IMG/VR virus record: IMGVR_UViG_3300032214_000715
Location: 62,001 to 126,000 of that record
DNA length: 64,000 bases
Strand: one strand, 5' to 3'
The position numbers and the translations under genes were made by a program. Numbering within the stretch: the first letter of the stretch is position 1; each line of letters opens with the position of its first letter. Below are positions 45,476-55,277 of this stretch, piece by piece. A model generated the notes under the pieces. It made no database searches. It had not been told where the DNA came from and saw only the letters and a program-made list of their open reading frames with translations.

Positions 45476-47539
45476 TTAGCTGAGTATTGTTTTCTTTAAG
45501 GATACAGTGCTATCGTTAACATCAGAAGATGATACTGCTGATGGACGAATACTCCACGTATCAGTAGTAGGATCAAACTGATAGGTAAAACTTCTATCAA
45601 CTATAAATCTATCAACGGCAAAATGTATATCGTGTAATTTATATTGCCACATTGTGTTTATATTATTTTTAATAGTTTCGCTGCGCCCTGGGTTTGTATA
45701 GCAAATAACAAATGCCGAAACAAATCCCAAAGTATTACCATCAGGCTGTACACTTCTCATCCATAATGGTAAAATTTCGTTTTTATTAATGCTTCCAAGC
45801 TGAGCAACTATCTGTTTTCTCATATTCACCAGACTAGCGGGATATACCACTGTAACAGTGTTATTTATTTTTTCTGGCCACAATAATTCTTTGCTTACAG
45901 ATGTATTATTGTCGTTTATTAAGTCATCAATTACTTTACTATATACCACTTCATAAATTACTTTACCAGTAGAATCTTTTGCTACTGCGGTTTTTAATTC
46001 GCCCAAAACAACATTGCGCTTGTAGTGATTTCTATTGGCGGCTGTTACATAGTCATTGGTAACAGAAGACGGTACTCCAAATAAATGATGAAATAGTATT
46101 TTTGACGCTTTTCCGTAGTACGGATCCGAAAGTCTGTAAATGTACTCATCAGGAAATATTTGATCGTTAGTAATCAAATCATCATACAATTCTCTTTGTT
46201 TTTCAGTGACGAATGCCTGTATGTACAAATTATCATAGGGAGTACTATATGTATAGTTTACTGTTAAGTTAAAAGTTTTAGTTGAGGAAATAAAAGAGTA
46301 ATCAGCATTCTGCGCTCTAACAGTAAACGTATAAACAGTTTTATTATTAATATTCTGTGTAGTTGATAGAGTTTCAAAGGCAACTCGCCCAGAAATTTCT
46401 CCAGTTGAAAGCAAAGATAATCCGGGCGGTAAAGTTCCCGAGATTAAAGTATAAGTTAATGGTTCATTTGCTGTTGATTTTGCCAACACACTTGCCCTGC
46501 TTATCTCGGTGTTGCTAATTATTTCAAGATTTGATTCAGTGCTCCATATTACTTCTGGATTTATATTGCCCTGAATTTTAAAATTCAATGACAGCGGAGC
46601 GCTTATTAAAGAACCTTTACTAACAGATACACTAATAACTACAGTAGTTAAGTTATCTCCAATAGTTGGAAGTAATAGAGTAATCCATCCTGAATCAGCA
46701 TCGCATAGTATAGTGGCTACACCACTCATAATAGTAGCACTATATATTAGCGGAGTTGTTGACACCGTATCAAAGTCGTGTCCTAAAATTTTAAACTTAA
46801 ACTGTGTTCCTTGAGCAAATGTTCCCATTGAGTCACTGCTTAAGTAATAAGAATAATATTCGTCTGTTTTTGAGATAGTAGCAGTAGGATGATTTACATT
46901 AAATATTGCCGGTGTTCTACCAACAAATCCAGCAATTGTTTCCTGATTAATTATTGTGATGGAAAACGCGGCAGTTGAAAACTGTTCACCATTTGAAATT
47001 TTCAAAACAAACTCATATGTCTTAGACGTAGGACTTCCATTCGCGGTGTATTGAGCGCTTGGATAACCCTTTAACGCAGAATCTATTAATTCAAGTCCGT
47101 CTGGAAGTTCACCGTCTATAAATTCAATAGTTACTGTAGTATTTTCTAGTGGGTTTATATATGGCAAGTCAATTACGGTCCATACACTATCATTGTAACT
47201 ACCTAAATTTGAATTAGTTGATGTAAATCTAGGAACTGATTCACTACTAATAGTGAGGGAAAATGTTCTGTCTTTAATGGCAATTACAGTAGCAGATGAT
47301 AACTCAGTTACTCTAACAGTAAATGATGTGGTATATGTAGTGTTTGTCGTGATTGGAGTTCCTGATAATACTCCAGATTGACTTAATGTTAATCCAGCAG
47401 GTAATACTCCATTTAGTAATACATATTTTAGTGTATTTGATGAGTTACCTTTAGTAGCACTAAAAGAAAACGACATAGCTTTATTTTCTATGTACGCTCC
47501 TATATTTCCAGCCGAAGTATTCCAAGTTAATTGTGACAT
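45476..47539 (-). CDS. Structural protein with Ig-like domains (possibly baseplate)
   Basis: GxLPxGL...G(V/E)(L/I)SG repeats. Confidence 0.65.
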   Translation of the reverse strand: MSQLTWNTSAGNIGAYIENKAMSFSFSATKGNSSNTLKYVLLNGVLPAGLTLSQSGVLSGTPITTNTTYTTSFTVRVTELSSATVIAIKDRTFSLTISSESVPRFTSTNSNLGSYNDSVWTVIDLPYINPLENTTVTIEFIDGELPDGLELIDSALKGYPSAQYTANGSPTSKTYEFVLKISNGEQFSTAAFSITIINQETIAGFVGRTPAIFNVNHPTATISKTDEYYSYYLSSDSMGTFAQGTQFKFKILGHDFDTVSTTPLIYSATIMSGVATILCDADSGWITLLLPTIGDNLTTVVISVSVSKGSLISAPLSLNFKIQGNINPEVIWSTESNLEIISNTEISRASVLAKSTANEPLTYTLISGTLPPGLSLLSTGEISGRVAFETLSTTQNINNKTVYTFTVRAQNADYSFISSTKTFNLTVNYTYSTPYDNLYIQAFVTEKQRELYDDLITNDQIFPDEYIYRLSDPYYGKASKILFHHLFGVPSSVTNDYVTAANRNHYKRNVVLGELKTAVAKDSTGKVIYEVVYSKVIDDLINDNNTSVSKELLWPEKINNTVTVVYPASLVNMRKQIVAQLGSINKNEILPLWMRSVQPDGNTLGFVSAFVICYTNPGRSETIKNNINTMWQYKLHDIHFAVDRFIVDRSFTYQFDPTTDTWSIRPSAVSSSDVNDSTVSLKKTILS

Positions 47540-47540
47540 T

Positions 47541-48155
47541 TTATAATAATTTCATTGCCAATTCATAATGATGTATACGATCTTCCAGTCCGTTTGTGCC
47601 ACCATTAATTCGTTTTGTTAATCCAACAAAGTCTTTTCTATCACAGTAGCCGTTCAAATCATTATTGTCCCAGAACCAACCACTACTACTTACAGCACCC
47701 TCTGGAGTTTCCATATATGTCACGCACTCATCCACTGATATACCTAAACCATCGGCAAACTTAGTATAATTATCTCTGCCCGTAAGTTGTATTAAACCAC
47801 GACCGCGAAACTTCCAACCATCACCGCTATTTTCTGATCCATTTTTCATTCTATTAGCATATACACGATTAGCTATCTTTTCTGGCTTACGCTCATATTG
47901 TTTTGCCAACTCTTCTGTTGGGAAGTATTTTTTGAATACAGTCATTAAACCCTGAGCACTGTAATTTAAATTTTCTTTTACAAAATTAAATCCACCGCTT
48001 TCGTGAATGATTTGAGCAAGATAACAAGCCAATCTTTCATTTGTATTTGATATCTCATAGTAATCAACTACATCATTTAACGCATCTACGTATGATTCTA
48101 ATATTGCTGGTTTTGTTTTTGGGCATAATTTTTTAAGTAGCGCTGCGGTAATCAT
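47541..48155 (-). CDS. Glycoside hydrolase family 19 endolysin
   Basis: AQIIHESG, ENLNY, FRGRGLIQLTG and INGG motifs. Confidence 0.92.
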   Translation of the reverse strand: MITAALLKKLCPKTKPAILESYVDALNDVVDYYEISNTNERLACYLAQIIHESGGFNFVKENLNYSAQGLMTVFKKYFPTEELAKQYERKPEKIANRVYANRMKNGSENSGDGWKFRGRGLIQLTGRDNYTKFADGLGISVDECVTYMETPEGAVSSSGWFWDNNDLNGYCDRKDFVGLTKRINGGTNGLEDRIHHYELAMKLL

Positions 48156-48192
48156 ATTACATCCTCGTTGTATGTATTTATGACTAGTAAAT

Positions 48193-48223
48193 AAAAAATC
48201 CCAGTCAAAAAATTGACTGGGAT
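48193..48223 (-). terminator. Intrinsic terminator
   Basis: ATCCCAGTCAA-TTTT-TTGACTGGGAT plus T-run. Confidence 0.8.
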
Positions 48224-48246
48224 GTTAAGAGCATCTTGTAAGCAGA

Positions 48247-51200
48247 TTACTTGATGCCGGCTAATTTTTTCATCGTTTTGGAAATATTTTCAGAAAGATT
48301 TTCCTTAACAATTTCTGCTTTCACCTTTGTGTGTGGTAGTGTTGTCTGGTCACGATTCTGACGATTCAAACCACCACTTATTAAATGAGTCATGTAATTT
48401 AATTCAGTTTGGAACTGTTCATCTTTACTGAGTTCGCCGCGACTGTTAGCCCACTCGTTCAACTGCTCATCGCAACCGCACTTACCTTCGTAAACGCCTT
48501 GTCCGCATTCGTTACATGATTCTGTTGATTCGTCAGTCTTTTCTTTGTCTTCGGACTCATCAGAATCTTCGTCTTCGTCTTCGTCTTCCTCTTCGTCGTC
48601 ATCAGAAGAATCTTCTTTGCCTGACTTGACTGGGTATTCTTTTCCATCTACTTTCATTGTTTCGCCCGGCTGAACTCCATCAGCGCGATGTTTTTCTAAT
48701 TCACCGGTGAATTTATTTCCCTCTTTAACATCGTCATCCTCTTCTTCATGATCCGCGTGATCAGGCTCTTCAGAAGCTTCGGGTTCTTCACGAGAGCCAA
48801 GCATGCGCTTTAAGAAATCAAATTCTTGATCACCGTTATCACCATCTTGTGGTTCTAATGTTCCCATTATCTCATCATGCGCTAGTGGCTCTACTTCAAT
48901 AGCAGTGCCGCTGGTGTCGTCTGCGTGACTCATTCCTGCTCCACCGCCCATGCCAGCACCCATGCCGATTCCAGCTTGTGATAGTATCTTCATCAGTGCT
49001 TGTGCGTCTTCGTCAGTGGCACTAACACTTACGCTGTCGCCCATGCCGTTTTGTCCAGTAGAAGTAGTTACAGTCATACCCTCATTTAGTAATGCGTGTA
49101 ATTGACGATCCCATGCTTCCATTTGTGCGTCTTTAACTTTTTTCATTTCTAATTTTTCCTTTTTATTCTTGCCTTCCGCCACATCTTTCTTTTTATGATC
49201 TTTGTCCGGATATCTTTCTCCGGGGAACGGACCCTCCCTATCAGGGTGTCTCTCACCAGGCCACTTACTCTTACGATTCGGATACTTGTCACCTTCCGCC
49301 ACACCTTGCTTAGCGTTGATTGACTTTTCCAATTCTTCCGGACTCGGAACTCCTTTAAGTTGCCTCACGGTTTGATTTAGTCTAGCAAGTGACACCTTGC
49401 CGTCTTTTCTTACTGGCAATATGCGCGGCAGTCCAATTCTACCACTAAAACTAAATCCTATTATGTATGGATTCGCCTCTGATCGAAAGACTTTCTCAGC
49501 ACCTGCTTTTTTCAGTGCCTCAATTGCTCTCTCTACACTAACACCAGCATCAGATAATATGTTGCCTTCCGCCACACCTTGCTCGCTTTCGTACATAGCT
49601 TCGTTGGGAAATGGAAACTCAGCGTCATCTGACATTTCATCTTCAGTAGCGAACATGTCATCTACTCGTGATCCCAAATTTCTATCAATACTTCCCTCGG
49701 CAGCGTCTTCTATGTCGGCTCCTAATCCTTCGTCTGTCATGCTAGAAGTAGGACCAGCACCCAGTGCGCCGCCGATAAAGGTTTCGTCTAAATCTTCTTC
49801 TCCTAGCAGTGGCTTGGAATCTTTCATATAGCAGTCAAGTACATGTTCGCGACATTCTTCTTTGTCTCCGTACATAATTTTGTTTGGAATGAATCCGTTT
49901 TCAAAATAGTAATGTCTTAGTGCTTCGTATAGACCTTCATCTAACACCCAACCTTCTTCGCACATTTTGATTTCGTGAGGGAATCGTTGCTTAATTTCTT
50001 CTAGAGAATATCCCTCTGAAATTGACTTCTTAGATTCACCCATAGCTTGCTTGCGTATAGTTGAGAAATAAACATCTTCGCCCTTTTCTGGACCGTACTG
50101 ATCTATCATAGATGCTTTCATCTCGGATTTATCGTACTTGCTCTTTAGACGCGCTTCTTTTGCCTTGTGAGCGGCGGACATAGATACTTCGTCAACTTCT
50201 TCTTCTGACATTGGTTGACTCTGCTGTTGTTGTCCTTGAGTCATTGCCTGAACTGCGCCCTGTGCTGGCTTTGTTTGTTGTCCAGATTGTGCTGTGCTAG
50301 TCTGTGCTGGAAGAGTTGCTCCAGGCACTGCTGTTATTTTTCCACTCTCTATGCCCTGTTGTATTGTTTTCTGTAGAGTAGCGTCAGTGGTACTCAGCGC
50401 AGAAATTGGCTGGCCAGGACGAGGTTGTGGCTGTCCTGCTTTTGGAGGCACAACCATAGTTCCCGGAGGTAATTGCGTTGCCTCAGCTAACATAGTCGCT
50501 TCAACATGCTCCATCCAGTCTTTTAGTTTGTGTTTTACACTTGCTTTGCCTGGTAGTGTCTTTGGTTTGCTTCCCACGATCCAGCGTGATAGTTCATCAG
50601 TGTCCCATTTTTTAACTTCGCCGGTATCGCTATCACTATCCTTCTTTGGACGACCGCGTCCTTTTTTCACTGCTGGCTTGACCTTCTTTCCATCCTCGTC
50701 ATCGTCATTTTTACGACCATAACCACCGGGTTCTGCTTTATGAATTTTACCAGTTTTGGTTTCTTTTGTGCCTTCCGCCACACCTTGCGGTGCAGGTATT
50801 ATAGACCAACCGCGCATATTTGCTGACTTACTGATTTCACCTTTGCTCTTGAATACCGTTGCTTTTGCTTTGTCTGTTACCCAAGTCATTTGGCCGCCAC
50901 CTGCAGGATGTCCTCTTAGATACTTTGATCCATTTTTAACGATATAACCCTCATTCAAGGAGCCTTCCGCCACACCTTGATTTTTTGTAGAACTTTCGTC
51001 TTTTAGTTTATGCTTAACACTTGCTTTACCAGGTAGAGTCTTTGGCTTGCTTCCAACAATCCAACGAGCCAACTCATCTGTGTCCCACTTCTTTACTTCA
51101 CCAGTATCGCTATCACTGTCTTTCTTAGGGCGTCCGCGACCCTTTTTTACAGCAGGCTTTACTTTCTTGCCGTCTTCGTCGTCATCGTTCTTGCGACCGT

Positions 51201-51399
51201 ATCCGCCTGGTTCTGCTTTATGAATTTTACCAGTCTTGGTTTCTTTAGTGCCTTCATTTACACTCAATCTAGCATCTTCGTTTAAAGTTTTGCGGCCGTC
51301 GGCATACTGACTAGCAACTTTTTTAGCAGCATCATCTACTTTATTAGATGTTACTTCGCTAAGACTATCCATTTTAGAAATTAATGATTTGAAATCCAT
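48247..51399 (-). CDS. Large acidic modular protein (probable internal head/scaffold-type)
   Basis: Low complexity, duplicated AT-hook module, five VAEG motifs. Confidence 0.7.
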   Translation of the reverse strand: MDFKSLISKMDSLSEVTSNKVDDAAKKVASQYADGRKTLNEDARLSVNEGTKETKTGKIHKAEPGGYGRKNDDDEDGKKVKPAVKKGRGRPKKDSDSDTGEVKKWDTDELARWIVGSKPKTLPGKASVKHKLKDESSTKNQGVAEGSLNEGYIVKNGSKYLRGHPAGGGQMTWVTDKAKATVFKSKGEISKSANMRGWSIIPAPQGVAEGTKETKTGKIHKAEPGGYGRKNDDDEDGKKVKPAVKKGRGRPKKDSDSDTGEVKKWDTDELSRWIVGSKPKTLPGKASVKHKLKDWMEHVEATMLAEATQLPPGTMVVPPKAGQPQPRPGQPISALSTTDATLQKTIQQGIESGKITAVPGATLPAQTSTAQSGQQTKPAQGAVQAMTQGQQQQSQPMSEEEVDEVSMSAAHKAKEARLKSKYDKSEMKASMIDQYGPEKGEDVYFSTIRKQAMGESKKSISEGYSLEEIKQRFPHEIKMCEEGWVLDEGLYEALRHYYFENGFIPNKIMYGDKEECREHVLDCYMKDSKPLLGEEDLDETFIGGALGAGPTSSMTDEGLGADIEDAAEGSIDRNLGSRVDDMFATEDEMSDDAEFPFPNEAMYESEQGVAEGNILSDAGVSVERAIEALKKAGAEKVFRSEANPYIIGFSFSGRIGLPRILPVRKDGKVSLARLNQTVRQLKGVPSPEELEKSINAKQGVAEGDKYPNRKSKWPGERHPDREGPFPGERYPDKDHKKKDVAEGKNKKEKLEMKKVKDAQMEAWDRQLHALLNEGMTVTTSTGQNGMGDSVSVSATDEDAQALMKILSQAGIGMGAGMGGGAGMSHADDTSGTAIEVEPLAHDEIMGTLEPQDGDNGDQEFDFLKRMLGSREEPEASEEPDHADHEEEDDDVKEGNKFTGELEKHRADGVQPGETMKVDGKEYPVKSGKEDSSDDDEEEDEDEDEDSDESEDKEKTDESTESCNECGQGVYEGKCGCDEQLNEWANSRGELSKDEQFQTELNYMTHLISGGLNRQNRDQTTLPHTKVKAEIVKENLSENISKTMKKLAGIK
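49172..50979 (-). repeat. 17-bp repeat CAAGGTGTGGCGGAAGG (QGVAEG)
   Basis: Exact at 50963-50979, 50771-50787, 49565-49581 and 49292-49308; variant at 49172-49188; exact orphan at 24159-24175. Confidence 0.9.
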
Positions 51400-51403
51400 T
51401 TTA

Positions 51404-52021
51404 TTAACCCTTAGATTTTGATGCGCCAGTTTCTGGACGAGGCATACGAGTCACTTTCGTCATTGGACTATTGTTGTTGCCCTCTAATTTACGCATATCT
51501 TCTGCCGCTTTTGTTTTTGGAGCAGCAAATGACATATCCATTTTGTCTTTTTCGTGAGCAGCACGAATTCTACTCATATACTGCTCTCCGTATTCTTTGT
51601 TAGCCTTCTCAGCATTTTTTTCGCTTTCTAACTCTGCTGTAAGAATTGGACTAGCTTGATTGGCATATTGTTCTTCTTCTTGCTCAACGCCATCAACATA
51701 ATCTGCTTGATACATACGAACAAGATTCTCGTCATAGTTTAATAAACGAGCAATTTGCTTTACCATTGGTTCTGTACAAGGATACTTAAACTCAACGTCA
51801 ATTATTATTAATGGTTGATTTTCGGCGCCAGACACATTCTTAAAACCCATATGTTGTTTTTGAATAGGCTTAGTAACTGGAGTTCCTATTTTTACTGGAT
51901 CAAATTTTTGAAGATTCATAGCAAACATATCCATCCAATTTTTTGGAGGCTCGCCACAAATATAAATTTTGTGCTTGTACGATCTAACCGATTCCATTAA
52001 AAAATGCTTAAACGTCTTCAT
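51404..52021 (-). CDS. Hypothetical protein
   Basis: 205-aa ORF. Confidence 0.75.
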   Translation of the reverse strand: MKTFKHFLMESVRSYKHKIYICGEPPKNWMDMFAMNLQKFDPVKIGTPVTKPIQKQHMGFKNVSGAENQPLIIIDVEFKYPCTEPMVKQIARLLNYDENLVRMYQADYVDGVEQEEEQYANQASPILTAELESEKNAEKANKEYGEQYMSRIRAAHEKDKMDMSFAAPKTKAAEDMRKLEGNNNSPMTKVTRMPRPETGASKSKG

Positions 52022-52045
52022 TATAGTATTCCTATACTTTATATA

Positions 52046-52555
52046 TTATTTATCTTTTTGAGTCTTTTTGGCAGCTTCGGCAAGAAATGATTTTATCAAT
52101 TCATTTCTATCAACTACTTTACCAGTGCCCTCGGTTGAAGCCGGCAATTCATCCTTTTTAGCGTTGTCCAGTTTTCTTTCAAGCTCTGCCTTCTTAAGTT
52201 GTAGATCAATCATCTTTAACTTTTTGTTTATCTTGGCAGTTTTCGCTGTGATGGCGTGGCCTAACATGCTACTGGCACTATTGAATATTTCAGCACTGAA
52301 TCTGGAATCCACCTGCATGCCAAGATCCATCAGATTATTAAAAGCATCTTTAGCTAATGATGCCATCTCATCCATCTCGGAATCGCTAGCCTCTAAGTCT
52401 TTTACCGCTGGTAGCGCTGATTCTATTTTATCTATAGTGTTCAGAGTTTCAGTTGAGACAAATGTCTGCGGAAGAGTAGCAATCGCAGTATCTACAACAT
52501 CAGCGTCAATCTCATCTGATTCTATGTTAAAAAGTGATTCCAATTTTTTGGTCAT
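52046..52555 (-). CDS. Hypothetical coiled-coil protein (possible small terminase-like)
   Basis: Helical and acidic, ends DRNELIK; functional guess is weak. Confidence 0.5.
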   Translation of the reverse strand: MTKKLESLFNIESDEIDADVVDTAIATLPQTFVSTETLNTIDKIESALPAVKDLEASDSEMDEMASLAKDAFNNLMDLGMQVDSRFSAEIFNSASSMLGHAITAKTAKINKKLKMIDLQLKKAELERKLDNAKKDELPASTEGTGKVVDRNELIKSFLAEAAKKTQKDK

Positions 52556-52569
52556 AATATATGTATTTA

Positions 52570-53004
52570 TTACTTGCGACCGTTATGAAAAATTTGGTCT
52601 TCATTTATGACCCGAAAGCCGATACCATTTTGCTTACACCAAGCAGAGGCTGCCGCCCACTTTGCGTGATTAAGAACTACTGCTGCTCTATCTCGTGCGT
52701 TGGTTACTTTTTCTTCTATGATAGATTGTTTTTTTGGTTTTATCTCTATCATCTCTGCTAGCTTACGTCCGTTTTTGTCTTGATACACTATAAAAAAATC
52801 AGGGACATAGATTGTTTGTTTTCCAGTTAATGGATTACGATATGGTACGTGTATTGATTCGCTGGCCCACTGTAGTATTTTGTCGTTGTTATCGCAAAAA
52901 TTCATAAACGTCAATTCCCATCCAGAACGATATCGTATCTTTCCCTTTCCTATATATTTCTGAGGGTTTTTAGGTGTATAAAATCCTTGAGCCCAACGTG
53001 CCAT
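52570..53004 (-). CDS. gp4: Head completion nuclease (T4 gp4-like)
   Basis: PKNPQKY, YRSGWE, WASE, YVPDF, EIKP and KWAAA motifs. Confidence 0.88.
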   Translation of the reverse strand: MARWAQGFYTPKNPQKYIGKGKIRYRSGWELTFMNFCDNNDKILQWASESIHVPYRNPLTGKQTIYVPDFFIVYQDKNGRKLAEMIEIKPKKQSIIEEKVTNARDRAAVVLNHAKWAAASAWCKQNGIGFRVINEDQIFHNGRK

Positions 53005-53010
53005 AATTTA

Positions 53011-53367
53011 TCATCCCGCAACTGGATTATCTTGTATAATATTGCGTTGAACTTTTTCGTTAGGCACGATTACATTGTTTACTCCATACAGAACGGTTTT
53101 GTTTTCGCTCAAGGTGTTCAAGTAATATGCTAATGTAAGTGCTATTTTCATACTGTCGGTCCCACGAAACTGATCTAAAAGTTGAAGAACATTGGTATCG
53201 GTTTCGGAACTTACTCTAAACAGTATTTCTGTAAATGTTTTCGCAATATTTGTATTTTTAGTGTATTCAGCGAAGAATGAATACACCAGGTCATACTCGT
53301 TTGCTGAAACTACTAAATTTACATTGTAGAAATTATTAAATATAGCTACGGTGTTATCTAAATTCAT
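53011..53367 (-). CDS. Hypothetical protein
   Basis: 118-aa ORF. Confidence 0.7.
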   Translation of the reverse strand: MNLDNTVAIFNNFYNVNLVVSANEYDLVYSFFAEYTKNTNIAKTFTEILFRVSSETDTNVLQLLDQFRGTDSMKIALTLAYYLNTLSENKTVLYGVNNVIVPNEKVQRNIIQDNPVAG

Positions 53368-53368
53368 A

Positions 53369-54574
53369 TCAAGGCTTAGGTTCTGATCGTCCAGTTATTG
53401 GATTGATATCTTTATTTATTACCGGAACTGATTCAATAGTTCTTGCGTTTTTAGCAAGTGAGTCCTGAGAACCAGTCCTTGTAGTGGCACCAGCGGCAGG
53501 AAAGTTGAAGAGACCACGCGCTGCGCCAGACGCCACAGAATTGATCACTCCGCCTACTACCTCAGACTTTGCCGCTTGAAGAATTTGAGAAGAATTCTTC
53601 CAAGTTTTACCTAGACGACCAGCAGTTTGAACTGCTCTCAGCGCTCGTATTGGGTCTCCACTGGACAAATCTTCTAGTATACCTAGTCCGCCATCTACAA
53701 GTCCACCCTTACCAAGTATACTTCTATTAGTTCCCTGTAGATTTAGTGGACTCAATTCAGTGTCGTATGTTTCCTTTTCTCCAAATCTATCCACTACACT
53801 ATTGGGAGTCTCTCCATTAAGAGCTCCTTCTAAGTACTTTACAGTTTCATAGCGAATGGTCATAGTGTTTTCCATTATGCCCTTTGTATCATAGTAGTTA
53901 TAGGTGTCATGATTGAAGTTTTCAATCATTGGATTAATTAATTCATACAGAGCAAAACTATGCTGATTGAAACCATAAATTTTTATTGATCTAAAAAACT
54001 TAGCTTTATTGCGTATTGATATCTCATCACTGGAAGTAATATTTCCTTTAAGTCCCCAATCTTGATTCTTAGAAATATCAGGATCGTATGTATTGATTCT
54101 GTTTAATTCCGGCGCTGCTACCCCAGACTTGCTGTTGGCAGTACTAACATAGTTAGGCTGACTTGGATCACTATAATAGTAATTAAAGTAAGCATGCCAC
54201 ATATGTCGCACTTGATTGGCGTTATCATCGTGAAATGTTACTCTTAGTGGGTCATAAGAAATCTTAGATTGAACCAGCTTTTTACGATTATATTGATTCA
54301 TTTCACTAAGTTGAATGCTGAATTTTGGTAACTCAATACTCTTTACTAATAACCCTAGATTAGTATCTTTTGGAAATATCTTTTCATACAGGTCTCCAGC
54401 AACGGCAGTTTTATTGATTTCAAAATAAACGTGAAACAGCCATTTAAGTTTTGGAGAATTAGAGTATTGCGCCTGTACAAATGTTTTGCTGGCGTGTTTA
54501 TAATCTCTTAAGTAAGGAGAGCCGAAGAATCCATCCCCGGCCCCTTTTAAGAACTGCTGGAAAAAACCAGCCAT
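53369..54574 (-). CDS. Tail tube-like / baseplate tube initiator protein
   Basis: VKSIELPKF...YDPLRVTFHDD tube-fold pattern; follows the tube gene. Confidence 0.65.
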   Translation of the reverse strand: MAGFFQQFLKGAGDGFFGSPYLRDYKHASKTFVQAQYSNSPKLKWLFHVYFEINKTAVAGDLYEKIFPKDTNLGLLVKSIELPKFSIQLSEMNQYNRKKLVQSKISYDPLRVTFHDDNANQVRHMWHAYFNYYYSDPSQPNYVSTANSKSGVAAPELNRINTYDPDISKNQDWGLKGNITSSDEISIRNKAKFFRSIKIYGFNQHSFALYELINPMIENFNHDTYNYYDTKGIMENTMTIRYETVKYLEGALNGETPNSVVDRFGEKETYDTELSPLNLQGTNRSILGKGGLVDGGLGILEDLSSGDPIRALRAVQTAGRLGKTWKNSSQILQAAKSEVVGGVINSVASGAARGLFNFPAAGATTRTGSQDSLAKNARTIESVPVINKDINPITGRSEPKP

Positions 54575-54577
54575 AAA

Positions 54578-55219
54578 TTAACTACCTATTCCGCTTACGT
54601 TTGTGCCAATGGTTCGTCCAACCGCGGCACCAATGCCATAAGCAGGACCATCGCCATCCAATGGAGTTTGTGTCGCGTTATCAAAACGAATACTTAGTGT
54701 AATAGTTACAGGCTCGTTTGTACCGTAATTTAAGCTATTGTAATTAGCACTGGAAATATAGCATCCATAAAGTTCCCAACTCTCTAGAATATTAGGGGTT
54801 GCTACACCGCGAGCACCATCAAGTACTTGGCACACCAATTTGAATTTATAATCGCTGCCACTTGCCGCACTAGCTTGTTCCTGGAAGTCAAATTGCTTTT
54901 GAATTTGTTCTCCAACTCGTTTTGCCACTTCACCAGTAGCGTCATCACGTAGATTAACAGTAACTGCTTGCCAGGTTGGTTTACCAGCTAGATAAACTCT
55001 GCTGTTGTAGAGTTCAATTGGAATTTCTCCAAATTCTACGTTAGGACGAGTAAAGTCAATTACTTGCTTAGTTAATTCAGTCGTGGGCTTGCTAACTCCA
55101 AAATTTTCAAACAATATACGAAATCTATATTGTAATTTTGGCATCAATAAACCTTGAGCATCTCCAGTTCCATCACTGCTTACTGGTACCGTCATTCTTG
55201 CTATTGAGCTAAAAGCCAT
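54578..55219 (-). CDS. gp19: Tail tube protein
   Basis: YLAGKPTWQAVTVNLRDD, WELYGC and IRFDNA; follows the sheath gene. Confidence 0.85.
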   Translation of the reverse strand: MAFSSIARMTVPVSSDGTGDAQGLLMPKLQYRFRILFENFGVSKPTTELTKQVIDFTRPNVEFGEIPIELYNSRVYLAGKPTWQAVTVNLRDDATGEVAKRVGEQIQKQFDFQEQASAASGSDYKFKLVCQVLDGARGVATPNILESWELYGCYISSANYNSLNYGTNEPVTITLSIRFDNATQTPLDGDGPAYGIGAAVGRTIGTNVSGIGS

Positions 55220-55277
55220 AGTTTGTATCTCCTTAATGTTATTTATCTTGGTCAGGAATTGCTTCCTGACCAATTAA

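Noticed and set aside
36970-52610. Many plus-strand ORFs opposite structural genes (also 62515-63144 and 22060-22566)
   Set aside because: Antisense shadows of codon-biased genes with no motifs or RBS.
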